Source of the DNA: Burkholderiales bacterium
GTDB taxonomy: Bacteria; Pseudomonadota; Gammaproteobacteria; Burkholderiales; Burkholderiaceae_C
DNA: 62,440 bases
Assembly: GCA_038207685.1 (NCBI GenBank)
Contig: JBBQZM010000001.1
Location: 1 to 62,440 of the forward strand
Reading direction: 5' to 3'
Part shown: positions 19,766-30,936 of the stretch, piece by piece
Layout of the letters: each line of letters starts with the position of its first letter
How positions within the stretch are numbered: the stretch's first letter is position 1
Translations under genes and position numbers: made by a program
Notes under the pieces: model-generated
What the model was told of the DNA's origin: nothing
The model's input: the letters and a program-made list of their open reading frames with translations, nothing else
Database searches by the model: none

Positions 19766-22459
19766 TCAAACGACGACGTTGACCAGGCGGCCCGGCACCA
19801 CGATCACCTTCTTCGCCGGCTTGCCGTCGGCAAAGCGGATGAACTCGGGTGCGGCCAGTGCAGCGGCCTCGATGGCCGCCTTGTCGGCGGCGGCCGGCAC
19901 GCGGATCGCGCCGCGCATCTTGCCGTTGATCTGCAGCACCAGCTCGATCTGATCCTGCACCAGCGCGGCTTCGTCCACTGCGGGCCAGGGCGCGTCGAGC
20001 AGGTCGCCCAGCGCCTTGGCAAAGCCCAGCTCGGTCCACAGCGCATGGGCGATGTGCGGGCAGGCCGGGTAGAGCGCGCGCAGCAGCACCGAGCTGCCTT
20101 CGCATAGCGTTGCCAGGTCGCCGTCGCTGCCGTCGGGCTTGAAGCTGTCGAGGGCATTCAGCAGCTTCATGCAGCCCGAGACCACGGTGTTGTACTGCAG
20201 GCGCTCGTAGTCGTGGCTGACCTGGCGCAGCACCAAATGCACCTCGCGGCGCAGCGCTGCCGCCTCGGGCCGCAGCGTCGCCTGGCTGAGGTTGCCGGCG
20301 GTGGCGCGCTTGAGCACATCGGCATGGCGTACGCCCAGGCCCCAGACGCGCTTGAGGAAACGTTGCGCGCCTTCGACACCGGCATCGTTCCATTCCAGCG
20401 TCTGTTCGGGCGGGCTGGCGAACATCACGAACAGCCGCGCGGTGTCGGCGCCGTGCTTGTCGATCAGCGCCTGCGGATCGACGCCGTTGTTCTTGGACTT
20501 GGACATCGTGCCCACGCCCTCGTAATCCACCCGCGAGCCGTCCGACTTCAGGCGCGCATGGGTGACCTTGCCGGTCTCGTCGCGTACATCGTCCACCTCA
20601 TGCGGCCAGAAGTACTCGATGCCGCCTTTGTCGCCGCGCCGGCTGTAGATGTGGTTGAGCACCATGCCTTGCGTCAGCAGGCGGGTGAAGGGCTCGCTGA
20701 TCGTCACCAGCCCCAGGTCGCGCATCACCTTGGTCCAGAAGCGGGCGTAGAGCAGGTGCAGGATGGCGTGCTCGATGCCGCCGATGTACTGGTCCATGCC
20801 GGCATTGCCGGCGGCATCGCTGCCCATCCAGTAGCGGGTGCCGTTGGCCACCATGCGCTCGGTGTTGGTCGGGTCGCAGTAACGCAGGAAGTACCAGGAC
20901 GAGTCCACGAAGGTGTCCAGGGTGTCGGTCTCGCGTCGCGATGGCTTGCCGCAGGTCGGGCAGACCACGTTCAGAAAGTCGGCACGCTTGGTCAGGGGGC
21001 TGCCGCTGCCATCGGGGATGCAGTCCTCGGGCAGCAGCACCGGCAGATCGGCCTCGGGCACCGGCACCGCGCCATGGTCGTCGCAGTGGATGATCGGGAT
21101 CGGCGTGCCCCAATAGCGCTGGCGGCTGACGCCCCAGTCGCGCAGGCGCCAGGTGGTTTTCTTCTCGCCCAGACCCTGAGCGCCGAGCAACTCGGCCACC
21201 TTGCTGACCGCCGGCTTGAGCGCCAGGCCGTCGAGCACGCCGGAGTTCACGCAATGGCCGCGTTGCTTGTCGGCATACCACTCGGCCCAGGCGTCGGTGG
21301 AGAAGGTCTCGCCCTCCACCGCGATCACCGGCCGGATGGCCAGGCTGTACTTCTTGGCAAAGGCGAAGTCGCGCTCGTCATGCGCCGGCACGCCCATCAC
21401 CGCGCCGTCGCCGTAGGCCATCAGCACATAGTTGCCGACCCAGACAGCCACCAACTCGCCGGTCAGCGGGTGTTTCACCGTCAGGCCGGTAGGCACGCCC
21501 TTCTTCTCCTGCGTGGCCAGTTCGGCTTCGGTGCTGCCGCCTTGCGCGCACTCGGCGATGAAGGCGGCCACCTCGGGGTGCAGCGTGGCGGCGTGCGCGG
21601 CCAGCGCATGCTCGGGCGCCACGGCACAGAAAGTGACGCCCATGATGGTGTCGGCGCGGGTGGTGAACACCCACATGCGGCCGTCACCAATCAACGCACC
21701 ACGGCCGTCGCGGATGTCGTGCGGAAAGGCGAAGCGCACACCTTCACTCTTGCCGATCCAGTTCTGCTGCATCAGCCGTACCCGGTCGGGCCAGCCCGAC
21801 AGGTAGTGGGGGTCGGCCGGGTTGCTCACCGCCGACAGCAGCTCTTCGGCGTATTGTGTGATCTTCAGGTAGTAGCCGGGAATCTCGCGCTTTTCGATCA
21901 GCGCGCCCGAGCGCCAGCCGCGCCCGTCGATCACCTGCTCATTGGCCAGTACGGTCTGGTCCACCGGGTCCCAGTTGACCACCTGGGTGCGGCGCTCGGC
22001 GATGCCGGCTTGCAGCATCTTCAGGAACAGCCACTGGTTCCACTTGTAGTACTCGGGTGTGCAAGTGGCCACCTCGCGCGACCAGTCGATGGCCAGGCCC
22101 ATGGCCTGCATCTGGCCCTTCATCTGGGCGATGTTGGCATAGGTCCAGGGCGCCGGCGGCACCTTGTTCTTCATCGCCGCGTTCTCGGCAGGCAGGCCGA
22201 ACGCATCCCAACCCATCGGCATCAGGACGTTGAAGCCCTTCATGCGCAGCTGGCGCGCGAGCATGTCGTTGATGGTGTAGTTGCGCACATGGCCCATGTG
22301 CAGCTTGCCGCTGGGGTAGGGCAGCATCGAGCAGGCGTAGAACTTGGGACGGGTCTCGTCCTCGGTCACGCGGTAGGCCTCGTGGCCGTTCCACAGCGGC
22401 TGCGCCCAGTGGGCACGGGCGGCGGCTTCCACCTCGTTGGGTGCGTATTTCTCGTTCAT
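19766..22459 (-). CDS. leuS: Leucine--tRNA ligase
   Basis: MLPYPSG.LHMGH (HIGH), [18 protein letters not shown] (KMSKS), C-terminal VPGRLVNVV; start MNEKY. Confidence 0.98.
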   Translation of the reverse strand: MNEKYAPNEVEAAARAHWAQPLWNGHEAYRVTEDETRPKFYACSMLPYPSGKLHMGHVRNYTINDMLARQLRMKGFNVLMPMGWDAFGLPAENAAMKNKVPPAPWTYANIAQMKGQMQAMGLAIDWSREVATCTPEYYKWNQWLFLKMLQAGIAERRTQVVNWDPVDQTVLANEQVIDGRGWRSGALIEKREIPGYYLKITQYAEELLSAVSNPADPHYLSGWPDRVRLMQQNWIGKSEGVRFAFPHDIRDGRGALIGDGRMWVFTTRADTIMGVTFCAVAPEHALAAHAATLHPEVAAFIAECAQGGSTEAELATQEKKGVPTGLTVKHPLTGELVAVWVGNYVLMAYGDGAVMGVPAHDERDFAFAKKYSLAIRPVIAVEGETFSTDAWAEWYADKQRGHCVNSGVLDGLALKPAVSKVAELLGAQGLGEKKTTWRLRDWGVSRQRYWGTPIPIIHCDDHGAVPVPEADLPVLLPEDCIPDGSGSPLTKRADFLNVVCPTCGKPSRRETDTLDTFVDSSWYFLRYCDPTNTERMVANGTRYWMGSDAAGNAGMDQYIGGIEHAILHLLYARFWTKVMRDLGLVTISEPFTRLLTQGMVLNHIYSRRGDKGGIEYFWPHEVDDVRDETGKVTHARLKSDGSRVDYEGVGTMSKSKNNGVDPQALIDKHGADTARLFVMFASPPEQTLEWNDAGVEGAQRFLKRVWGLGVRHADVLKRATAGNLSQATLRPEAAALRREVHLVLRQVSHDYERLQYNTVVSGCMKLLNALDSFKPDGSDGDLATLCEGSSVLLRALYPACPHIAHALWTELGFAKALGDLLDAPWPAVDEAALVQDQIELVLQINGKMRGAIRVPAAADKAAIEAAALAAPEFIRFADGKPAKKVIVVPGRLVNVVV

Positions 22460-22508
22460 GGCGGCGATTGTAGGAGGGGGGTGGTGCGCCCCCGCGCCGC
22501 GCCAGCCG

Positions 22509-22928
<420 letters not shown>

Positions 22929-22939
22929 GGCCGCTGCCT

Positions 22940-23602
22940 TCAGCCCGCCGACGCGCTGGCGCCGTCGAGCGCCAGTTCGCGCAGGTCGTGCGCAAAGCCT
23001 TCCAGCCCGGCCTCGCAGGCTGATACCCATTTGCCGAACAGGTTGTAGGCCAGCACCGCGGGGATCGCCACTGCCAGGCCGGCGGCGGTCATTACCAGCG
23101 CCTCGCCCACCGGGCCGGCCACCCTGTCGATGGTCAGCGAGCCGGCGGCGGCAATGCTGATCAGTGCGTGGTAGATGCCCCAGACGGTGCCGAACAGACC
23201 GATGAAGGGCGAGGTGCTGCCGATCGAGGCCAGCAGCACCTGGCCGAACTGCAGGTGGGCCAGGCTGCGGTGCAGCGCGTCGCGCAGCCGCCGGGTGAGC
23301 TGCGAGCCCAGTGCCGCGTGGGTGGCCAGCGTGCCGCGGGGCTCGACCACGGTGCCAGCCTGCAGCAGCGGCAGCAGCACCCGCTCGCGGTCGAGTGCGG
23401 CCAGCCGCAGGCTGCCGGCTTCCAGCGTGTCGGCAGCCCAGAAGGCGACCACCGCGCGTTCGATGTCACGGCGGGCACGCACCAGCACCCAGGACTTCCA
23501 CAGGATCAGCACCCAGGCACTGACCGACATGGTCAGCAGAATCGCCACCACCAGGCGGCCGATGGCATCGGTTTCACCCCAGAACTGGATCAGACCTTGC
23601 AT
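22940..23602 (-). CDS. exbB: MotA/TolQ/ExbB proton-channel protein
   Basis: LASIGS.SPFIGLFGTVWGI, EAL..TA.GL.VAIPAV..YN. Confidence 0.9.
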   Translation of the reverse strand: MQGLIQFWGETDAIGRLVVAILLTMSVSAWVLILWKSWVLVRARRDIERAVVAFWAADTLEAGSLRLAALDRERVLLPLLQAGTVVEPRGTLATHAALGSQLTRRLRDALHRSLAHLQFGQVLLASIGSTSPFIGLFGTVWGIYHALISIAAAGSLTIDRVAGPVGEALVMTAAGLAVAIPAVLAYNLFGKWVSACEAGLEGFAHDLRELALDGASASAG

Positions 23603-23607
23603 GGTGA

Positions 23608-24444
23608 TCAGGCCAGCCCGAGCACGTCGTTCATGTCGAACAGGCCGCTGGCGTGGCCTGCCAGGAAGCGCGCGGCGCGCAGGCTGCCCTGGGCGTAGCC
23701 GGCGCGGCTGCTGCTCTTGTGGCTGATCTCGATGCGCTCGCCGGTGCCGGCAAACAGCACCGTATGGTCGCCCACGATGTCGCCACCGCGGATGGTGGCA
23801 AAGCCGATGCTTGATGGATCACGCTCGCCGATGACGCCCTCGCGGGCGTAGACCGCGCAGTCTTTCAGGTCGCGGCCCAACGCCTGGGCCAGCACCTCGC
23901 CCATCTTCAGGGCCGTGCCGCTCGGCGCGTCCACCTTGTGGCGGTGGTGGGCCTCGATGACCTCGATGTCGTAGCCCTGCGACAGCGCGCGTGCCGCCTG
24001 GTCGAGCAGCTTGAGCACCACGTTGACGCCAACGCTCATGTTGGGCGCCAGCACCAACGCGGTGTGCTGGGCGATGGCGGCGATCCGCGCCTTCTGTGCT
24101 TCGCTGAAGCCGGTGGTGCCGATCACCGCCTTGACGCCAAGTTCGCGGCACACCGCCAGGTGCGCCAGCGTGCCCTCGGGCCGGGTGAAGTCGATCAGCA
24201 CCTGGGCGTTGCTCAGGCCGACGCTCAGGTCGCTGGTGATGGCCACGCCGGTCTGGTGGCCGGCAAAGGCGCCAGCATCCTGGCCCAGCGCCGGGCTGCC
24301 GGCGATGTCCAGTGCGCCCGACAGCGTGCAATCCGGCGACGCGAGCACGGCCTCGATCAGCATGCGCCCCATGCGGCCCGACGCGCCGGCGATGGCGATG
24401 CGCAGCGCTGACACGCTCACTGCACTGCCCTCTGCGCCTGGCAT
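23608..24444 (-). CDS. dapB: 4-hydroxy-tetrahydrodipicolinate reductase (start may be GTG 24420)
   Basis: [39 protein letters not shown]. Confidence 0.97.
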   Translation of the reverse strand: MPGAEGSAVSVSALRIAIAGASGRMGRMLIEAVLASPDCTLSGALDIAGSPALGQDAGAFAGHQTGVAITSDLSVGLSNAQVLIDFTRPEGTLAHLAVCRELGVKAVIGTTGFSEAQKARIAAIAQHTALVLAPNMSVGVNVVLKLLDQAARALSQGYDIEVIEAHHRHKVDAPSGTALKMGEVLAQALGRDLKDCAVYAREGVIGERDPSSIGFATIRGGDIVGDHTVLFAGTGERIEISHKSSSRAGYAQGSLRAARFLAGHASGLFDMNDVLGLA

Positions 24445-24478
24445 TCCGGGATTCGCGCTTGGCAGCGGCCCGGTGCGT

Positions 24479-25057
24479 TCATGAAGGTTCCAGCGGCGGG
24501 TAACTGCGCACCGCGCCCATCGGCGCCGTCGGCGTGGGCTCGGCCTTGGCCGGCTTGGGCAGGGCCTGGATCTGCTGCTCGCTGAGTTCGATCAGCGGCT
24601 TGGCTTCGGTCTTGATCGGGCGGCTGATCGCGGCCACGAACTCGCGCTCGGTGGGCAGGTCATTGGCGTCCAGCCGTTCGAAACGGTCATCCTTGAAGTG
24701 CGCCACCACCTCGCGGCGCTGCGCCGGCGTGCCTTGGCGTCGGATGGTGAAGATGTAGTCCCAGCGGTCGGCATGGAAGATGTCGGTGAGCATCGGCGAG
24801 CCCAGGATGTCGCGCACCTGGGCCCGGCTCATGCCGGGCTTGAGCAGGGCTGCCTGCTCCTGGGTGACGACGTTGCCCTGCACGATGTCCATGCGGTAGG
24901 GGGTGATGACACCGAGGAAGCTGTCGCCGGACTTCAGCGAAGGCAGGGCCGGCAGCGAAGGCAGCATCGAGCAGCCGCCCGCGGCCAGCAAAGGCGCCAG
25001 CGCGCCGAGGCGGGCAAGGCGGCGGACAAGGTTCTGTAGGGTCAAGGTGCCTGCCAT
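24479..25057 (-). CDS. bamE: Outer-membrane assembly lipoprotein BamE
   Basis: Lipobox-like AGGC, Y..DI.QGN, GM...QV...LG.P, RWDY; divergent from fur. Confidence 0.93.
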   Translation of the reverse strand: MAGTLTLQNLVRRLARLGALAPLLAAGGCSMLPSLPALPSLKSGDSFLGVITPYRMDIVQGNVVTQEQAALLKPGMSRAQVRDILGSPMLTDIFHADRWDYIFTIRRQGTPAQRREVVAHFKDDRFERLDANDLPTEREFVAAISRPIKTEAKPLIELSEQQIQALPKPAKAEPTPTAPMGAVRSYPPLEPS

Positions 25058-25157
25058 GCAAGAGTGGAACCCGGCGCGGCGCAGGGCGCAACACCTCGGG
25101 CTGGATATGATCGGTCGATTCTAGCCACCCGCCATGCCCGACCGCGACGCCCCGCCC

Positions 25158-25586
25158 ATGACCCATGCCGACGAGCTCAAGAGCAGCGGCTTGAAGGCCA
25201 CTTTGCCTCGCATCAAGATCCTCGAGGTCTTCCAGCGCAGCGAGCAGCGCCACATGACGGCCGAGGATGTCTTCAAGTCGCTGCTGATGGACGGCGCCGA
25301 CATCGGCCTGGCCACCGTCTACCGGGTGCTGATGCAGTTTGAGCAGGCCGGGCTGTTGTCGCGCAGCCACTTCGAGTCGGGCAAGTCGGTGTTCGAGCTC
25401 AACGAAGGCCAGCACCATGACCATCTGGTGTGCCTGAGCTGCGGCCGGGTCGAGGAGTTCTACGACGCCGAGATCGAGCAGCGCCAGCGCGCCGTGGCCC
25501 AGGCCCATGGCTTCAAGTTGCAGGACCACGCGCTGTCGCTGTATGCCGAGTGCATCAAGCCGGACTGCCCGCATCGCGGCAAATGA
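25158..25586 (+). CDS. fur: Ferric uptake regulator Fur
   Basis: GLKATLPR.KIL, IGLATVYRVL.QF, HHDHLVC..CG.V.EF. Confidence 0.97.
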   Translation: MTHADELKSSGLKATLPRIKILEVFQRSEQRHMTAEDVFKSLLMDGADIGLATVYRVLMQFEQAGLLSRSHFESGKSVFELNEGQHHDHLVCLSCGRVEEFYDAEIEQRQRAVAQAHGFKLQDHALSLYAECIKPDCPHRGK

Positions 25587-25607
25587 GGTCGGCGGCGGCC
25601 GAGGCTG

Positions 25608-26561
25608 TCACTCCTCGGGCAGTTGCATCGCCTTCTGGTGGCGCTCGATGAATTCCTGGTAGGTGTCGATGCCGCGCAGCTGCAGGATGGTGTTGCGCAC
25701 CGCGGCCTCGACCAGCACCGCCAAGTTGCGGCCGGCGTCCACGGTGATCACCACCTTGCGTGTCGGGATGCCCAGGATGTCCTCATACAAGGGCTCGTAG
25801 GGCAGGCGCTCGAATTCGCGCTCCATCGTCTCCTTGCGCACCAGGTGCACGATCAGCTTGAGCCGCATCTTGCGCCGCACCGCGGTCTCGCCAAAGATCG
25901 CCTTGATGTCGAGCAGGCCGATGCCGCGTACCTCAAGCAGGTTCATCAGCAGGTCGGGGCAACGGCCTTCCAGCGCGCTCTGCGAGATCTTGTACAAGTC
26001 CACCGCGTCGTCGGCCACCAGGCCATGGCCGCGTGAGATCAGCTCCAGGCCCAGTTCACTCTTGCCCAGGCCCGATTCGCCGGTGAGCAGCACGCCCAGG
26101 CCAAGGATGTCCATGAACACGCCATGGCGGGTGATGCGGTCGGCAAACAGCTGGGCCAGGTAGGCACGCACGATGTCAATCACCTGGCCAGCCGATTCGG
26201 CGGTGACGAACAACGGGATCTCGGCGCGGTCGCACATCGCCACCAGCCGGTTCGGCGGCGCCACGCCGTCGGCGGCAATCAGCACCGGCGGCTCCAGCGC
26301 GACGATGCGCGAGATGCGGCGCTCTTGATCTTCGGGCGCCGACGCCGACAGGTAGGCCACCTCGCGGCGGCCGACGATCTGCACCCGATAGGGGTGGATG
26401 TAATTGAGGTAGCCGACCAGATCGGCCGCTGAACGCGCATCGATCACCGCGGCATCGTCGAAGCGGCGCTCCGGATGCGCGTGGCCGGCGATCCATTCCC
26501 AGCGCAGCAGTTCGCGGTGGGCTTCGAACAGCGCCTCGGCGCTGATCGAGGTCGGTTTCAA
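25608..26561 (-). CDS. hprK: HPr kinase/phosphorylase
   Basis: HGV, G.SG.GKSE Walker A, LVADD, LEVRG.G, GRN. Confidence 0.96.
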   Translation of the reverse strand: MKPTSISAEALFEAHRELLRWEWIAGHAHPERRFDDAAVIDARSAADLVGYLNYIHPYRVQIVGRREVAYLSASAPEDQERRISRIVALEPPVLIAADGVAPPNRLVAMCDRAEIPLFVTAESAGQVIDIVRAYLAQLFADRITRHGVFMDILGLGVLLTGESGLGKSELGLELISRGHGLVADDAVDLYKISQSALEGRCPDLLMNLLEVRGIGLLDIKAIFGETAVRRKMRLKLIVHLVRKETMEREFERLPYEPLYEDILGIPTRKVVITVDAGRNLAVLVEAAVRNTILQLRGIDTYQEFIERHQKAMQLPEE

Positions 26562-26597
26562 GCTGCGGTCCCGGGCATCCGATCGCCTCTCAGTCTC

Positions 26598-27068
26598 TCA
26601 AGCCACGGATTTCAGCGGCGCCCAGTCGGAGATCAACTTGTGCAGCGCCGCCGCATCCTCGGCGGCCTTCATGCGTTCGCGCAGTTCGCGATCGGACAAC
26701 AGCTCGGCGATCTCGGACAAGATCTCCAGATGCCGCTGGGTGGCCGCCTCGGGCACCAGCAGGAAGATCAGCAGGCCCACCGGCTCGTCGTCGGGCGCAT
26801 CAAAGGCAATCGGCTGTATCACCCGCAGCACGGCGGCCAGCGGATTCTTCAGGCCCTTGATGCGGCCGTGCGGAATCGCCACGCCGTGACCCAGCCCGGT
26901 CGAGCCCAGGCGTTCACGGGCGAACAAGTTGTCCGTGACCGTGGCGCGCGCGATCGCATGCTGGTTTTCAAACAGCATGCCCGCATGCTCGAAAGCGCGC
27001 TTCTTGCTGGTGGCGTCCACGTCCACCAGCACGTTGGCGGCGGGCAGGATGGCGGCGAGACGATTCAT
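26598..27068 (-). CDS. ptsN: PTS EIIA-Ntr
   Basis: RE.LGSTG.G.GVAIPHGR, FDAPD..PV, HL..LS. Confidence 0.93.
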   Translation of the reverse strand: MNRLAAILPAANVLVDVDATSKKRAFEHAGMLFENQHAIARATVTDNLFARERLGSTGLGHGVAIPHGRIKGLKNPLAAVLRVIQPIAFDAPDDEPVGLLIFLLVPEAATQRHLEILSEIAELLSDRELRERMKAAEDAAALHKLISDWAPLKSVA

Positions 27069-27224
27069 GGCGTTTCCCTCACATCACGGCGACACGAAGC
27101 CGCCGCAATTGCGGGCACTGTGACAGAAAGATGATTATAGAAACGCATTGCTGCACCGCAATACCGACGGCCCCGCTCGACTGCGGGATCTTGTCACGGC
27201 GGCCCCACTGTTGTCGAAATGATG

Positions 27225-27246
27225 AAAACGGCCCCGGAGGGGCCGT
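27225..27246 (-). terminator. Intrinsic terminator after hpf
   Basis: Minus strand ACGGCCCC-TCC-GGGGCCGT-TTT, about 25 nt after the hpf stop. Confidence 0.6.
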
Positions 27247-27272
27247 CGCGGGTCTTGCGTCGGGGCGCAGGC

Positions 27273-27614
27273 TCAAGCGGCGTCTGCGTTCAGGCGTTTG
27301 ACCGCAGGATGGTGATGGTCCTGCAGTTTGTCCTTGTGGCGGCAAACCTGCCGGTCCAACTTGTCCATCAACTGGTCGATGGCCGCATAGAGATCTTCAT
27401 GCGACTGCTCGACGAAGATGTCCTTGCCCTTCACATGGAGTGTCACTTCGGCTTTCTGCCGTCGTTCCTTCTCCTTGAGCTTCTCGACTGTCAGCAGAAC
27501 ACTGATGTCGACCACCTGGTCGAAATGCCGCGTGACCCGATCCAGCTTGGTGAGTACGTACTCGCGCAGCGCCGGCGTGACTTCCAGGTGATGTCCGCTG
27601 ATCGTCAGGTTCAT
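27273..27614 (-). CDS. hpf: Ribosome hibernation promoting factor (short HPF/RaiA)
   Basis: [26 protein letters not shown]....KL.RQ. Confidence 0.95.
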   Translation of the reverse strand: MNLTISGHHLEVTPALREYVLTKLDRVTRHFDQVVDISVLLTVEKLKEKERRQKAEVTLHVKGKDIFVEQSHEDLYAAIDQLMDKLDRQVCRHKDKLQDHHHPAVKRLNADAA

Positions 27615-27978
27615 CAGAGCGTCCTTTCAAATTGGGTTCTCGGGATCCGGACGGACTTTGGAAACCTTGCCGACGCAGCACGCAGCCCCGCTGTCCGATT
27701 TCAGTTTGCGCCTGATGACCGACAAAAGACAAGTGCGGCAGGTCAATCCCCGCGCTGCCTGTCGTGGCGTTGGCAGCCTGTCAGACCTGACATCGGTGTT
27801 TTCCTGGGGGGCAAATGTGTGTTGAGGGACAATCGCGGTAAAGTGAAAAAAAGTGGCGATGCGGGTGCTGATGCGCCTTTTGGCTGGGTCGCGCATCATC
27901 GTGAATTAACCTGAGGTTGTACCGGCTGACTCATGCAGCGTGGTGCGGCCTTCTACTGGCCGGGTCACCGGCGGCGCG

Positions 27979-28641
27979 ATGCGTAAGAGCGCAACAAACG
28001 ACGATGTCCTTTCCACACGCGAGGCGGCCGAGAAGCTGGGCGTCGCCCTGCGAACTGTGCAGTTGTGGGTTGAAAGCGGTGTGTTGCCGGCCTGGAAGAC
28101 TGCCGGTGGCCACCGCCGCATCTCGCGCGCGGCGGTCGAGCGGCTGATCAGCGAACGCCAGGCGGCGCTGCTGGGCGCGCCCGTGGTGGTGGTGACCGAC
28201 GGTTCCGCCGCGGCGCCGCGGCTGCGGGTGATGGTGGTCGAGGACGAGCCCGAGACCCTGCGTCTGTTCAGCATGGTCATCAAGGGCTGGGATTTGCCGG
28301 TCGAGGTGATGCCGGCCGCCAACGGATTCGAGGCCTTGCTCGGCCTGGGCCAGCAGTGCCCCGACCTGCTGGTGACCGACCTCAACATGCCCGGCATGGA
28401 CGGCTTCAAGATGATCAGGTCGCTGCGCGCTGCCGGCTCGGCTTTCGACGGCATGCAAATCGTCGTTGTCACAGCGCTCGACGAGGTCGACATCGCCAGC
28501 CGCGGCGGCTTGCCAGCCAGTGTGCGCGTGTTCCACAAGCCGGTGCCCTTCGACGAACTCGAGGCAGTGGTGCGCGAGAGACTGGCGGCGGCAGCGTGGC
28601 CGTTGGCCGCGCCGGCCGCCAGCTCGACCGCGTCAGCCTGA
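27979..28641 (+). CDS. Excisionase-type (MerR-like) HTH fused to a receiver domain
   Basis: STREAA..LGV..RTV..W...G.L.AWKT.GGHRRI; REC with VEDE, DLNMPGMDG, TA, KP. Confidence 0.88.
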   Translation: MRKSATNDDVLSTREAAEKLGVALRTVQLWVESGVLPAWKTAGGHRRISRAAVERLISERQAALLGAPVVVVTDGSAAAPRLRVMVVEDEPETLRLFSMVIKGWDLPVEVMPAANGFEALLGLGQQCPDLLVTDLNMPGMDGFKMIRSLRAAGSAFDGMQIVVVTALDEVDIASRGGLPASVRVFHKPVPFDELEAVVRERLAAAAWPLAAPAASSTASA

Positions 28642-28670
28642 CACCCTGCCGCTTCGGCGGTCAAGGCAGT

Positions 28671-28715
28671 CGGGCGGAACAAGCGGGCGGAACAAGCGGG
28701 CGGAACAAGCGGGCG
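28671..28715 (+). repeat. Tandem repeat, 13-bp unit CGGGCGGAACAAG x3 plus 6 bp
   Basis: Perfect copies at 28671, 28684, 28697 and a partial copy at 28710, ending 1 nt before ATG 28717. Confidence 0.95.
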
Positions 28716-28716
28716 T

Positions 28717-29108
28717 ATGGCGGCTGAAGACCTGGCCAGGAAGCGCTTGCTGGTCATCGAGGACCAGGCCGAGATCCGCAAGCTGATCCGCATGACGCTG
28801 GAGTTCGAGCCCTACCTGGTGCACGAGGCCACAGACGGTGCAGCGGGCTTGCGGCTGGCCGTCGACCTGCAGCCCGACTTGATCATGCTCGACGTCATGA
28901 TGCCCGGCGAACTCGACGGGTTGCAGGTTTGCGAACGGTGCGTGGCGATCCCCGCCTGGCCGCCACCTGCGTGCTGATGCTGACGGCGCGCAGCCGGGCG
29001 CAAGACCTGGCAGCCGGGCAACTGGCGGGCGCCGACGCCTACCTGACCAAGCCCTTCAGCCCGCTGCAACTGGTCGAGACGATCGAGCACCTGCTGGGCC
29101 CTGGCTGA
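28717..29108 (+). pseudogene. Single-domain response regulator with apparent 1-nt frameshift (pseudogene or sequencing error)
   Basis: Frame 1 gives IEDQ...LDVMMPGELDG.QVCER; a -1 shift near 28937 gives VRGDPRLAATCVLMLTAR...GADAYLTKPFSP..L, stop at 29108. Confidence 0.8.
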
Positions 29109-29293
29109 GCTCAGAGACCGAGAGGCCATCGGAGGCACCCGCGCCGTGTTCCAAGGGCTCTGAGCAAGGCGCGGTGCCATAATCTTACGGCTGGGCAGGG
29201 CCCGGCTAGCGGTGAGGCGCTCGCTGCCTTCGTCAATGCCAAGAACGCCCCAGGCCGCCCCATCCGGGCCGCCATCCCGCGCTGGAGAGCTGC

Positions 29294-30256
29294 ATGCTCA
29301 ATGTCTTCACGCTGGCCCAAGGCCGGCTGGTGCAGCAGGAAATCGAGAGTCCTGACCGACTGGCGCTGGCCAAGCCGGTGTGGGTTGACCTCGAAGCGCC
29401 CTCGGCCATCGAGAAGGGCTGGATCAGCGCCCGTTTCGGGCTCACGATTCCCGACAACATCGTCGATGACGACCTCGAAGAATCTGCGCGTTTCTACGAA
29501 GAAGACAACGGTGAACTGCACATTCGGTCTGACTTCCTGATCGATGACGACGTGACGCCGCGCAACGTGCGGGTCGCCTTCATCCTGAAGGACGGCGTGC
29601 TGTTCTCGGTGCACGGCGAGGACTTGCCGGTGTTCCGCTTGCTGCGGCTGCGCGCGCGACGCATTCCGGCGCTGATCGGCGATGCCAAGGATGTGTTGCT
29701 CAAGCTCTATGACGCCGACGCCGAATACTCGGCCGATGCGCTCGAAGGCATCTACGACAGCCTGGAGAAAGTCAGCGCGCGGGTGCTCAAGCAGGATGTG
29801 GATGACCGCGCCGCTGGCGATGCGCTGAGCGCGATCGCCAAGGAGGAAGACCTCAACGGCCGCATCCGCCGCAATGTCATGGACACCCGGCGTGCGGTGA
29901 GCTTCATGATGCGCAGCCGGCTGCTCAATGCCGAGCAATTCGAGGAGGCGCGGCAGATCATGCGCGACATCGATTCGCTCGACAGCCACACCGCCTTCCT
30001 GTTCGACAAGATCAACTTCCTGATGGATGCCACCGTCGGCTTCATCAACATCAATCAGAACAAGATCATCAAGATCTTCTCGGTGGCCAGCGTGGCATTG
30101 CTGCCGCCCACGCTGATCGCCAGCATCTACGGCATGAACTTCAAGTACATGCCCGAACTTGACCAGGTCTGGGGTTATCCGCTGGCGCTGGGGCTGATGA
30201 CCGCGTCGGTGGCCGCGCCTTTCATCTACTTTCGCCGCAAGGGCTGGCTGCGCTGA
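29294..30256 (+). CDS. corA: Magnesium/cobalt transporter CorA
   Basis: WVDL..P, NQN..IK..S, PPTLIASIYGMNF..MPEL, GYP, KGWL. Confidence 0.97.
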   Translation: MLNVFTLAQGRLVQQEIESPDRLALAKPVWVDLEAPSAIEKGWISARFGLTIPDNIVDDDLEESARFYEEDNGELHIRSDFLIDDDVTPRNVRVAFILKDGVLFSVHGEDLPVFRLLRLRARRIPALIGDAKDVLLKLYDADAEYSADALEGIYDSLEKVSARVLKQDVDDRAAGDALSAIAKEEDLNGRIRRNVMDTRRAVSFMMRSRLLNAEQFEEARQIMRDIDSLDSHTAFLFDKINFLMDATVGFININQNKIIKIFSVASVALLPPTLIASIYGMNFKYMPELDQVWGYPLALGLMTASVAAPFIYFRRKGWLR

Positions 30257-30270
30257 AGTTCATTCATCGC

Positions 30271-30315
30271 CGGCGTCTGGCGGCGACCGGCGGCGTCTGG
30301 CGGCGTCTGGCGGCG
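30271..30315. repeat. Tandem repeat, 10-bp unit CGGCGTCTGG x4.5 (one variant copy)
   Basis: cggcgtctgg cggcgaccgg cggcgtctgg cggcgtctgg cggcg just after the corA stop. Confidence 0.85.
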
Positions 30316-30444
30316 AAAAGTCGCACCACACCCTTCAATTCACCGTGTTGGTGGATCGGTCGACGGTCGACGCTGTGCTAGCGTGCCAGCTTGGGAGGCC
30401 GGAGGGCCGTTCGCAGATGCTTTGCCTGCAATAAGGTTCAGATC

Positions 30445-30912
30445 ATGCTTGCTGCTGTCCGGATGAGAACTGCAGCGCGCCTTGCCGGCGTGCTGCTGGT
30501 GGGAGGTTTGCTCGCCACTGCGGCGCGGGCCCAGTTTGCGATGGTGCCTTCGCCACTGCCGGCCACGGTCGAGCCCAGCCAGGCCGAGAGTGATGCCGAT
30601 TACCGCAAGGACGCGGCCAAACACCTTTACGCGATGTACCCGGTGCGGATCTTCAAGGGCCGCCTGCCGCCGCTGCTGTATGGCGTGGCCATCGTCGATA
30701 CCGACGTCGATGCTGAAGGCAAGGTGGCTGATGTGCGTGTCCGGCGGCCGCCGGCGGCGCCCGAGGTCGGCCCCTGGGTGGTGGCGATGATCCGCAAGGC
30801 CGGGCCGTTTCCGGTGCCGGCCAAGATGGGCAAGGCCACCTACACCGAGATCTGGCTGGTGCACAAGAGCGGCAACTTCCAGCTCGACACGCTGACCGAA
30901 GGCCAGAACTGA
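30445..30912 (+). CDS. Exported protein with TonB C-terminal-like domain
   Basis: Signal peptide (ARA), Y......HL...Y, D.DG.V.DV.V.R, IR.A.PFP.P resemble TonB/TolA C-terminal domains. Confidence 0.6.
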   Translation: MLAAVRMRTAARLAGVLLVGGLLATAARAQFAMVPSPLPATVEPSQAESDADYRKDAAKHLYAMYPVRIFKGRLPPLLYGVAIVDTDVDAEGKVADVRVRRPPAAPEVGPWVVAMIRKAGPFPVPAKMGKATYTEIWLVHKSGNFQLDTLTEGQN

Positions 30913-30936
30913 AGTTCGTTGGCCGCCGGGCGGCAC

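Noticed and set aside
25058-25157. Fur box in the bamE-fur intergenic region
   Set aside because: No convincing match to the AT-rich GATAATGATAATCATTATC consensus
27979-28160. Excisionase-like HTH as a sign of a prophage or integrative element
   Set aside because: Fused to a receiver domain; no integrase, att repeats, tRNA or phage genes nearby
28671-30315. Short repeats as a possible CRISPR array
   Set aside because: Units are 10-13 bp, directly tandem with no spacers, and there are no cas genes
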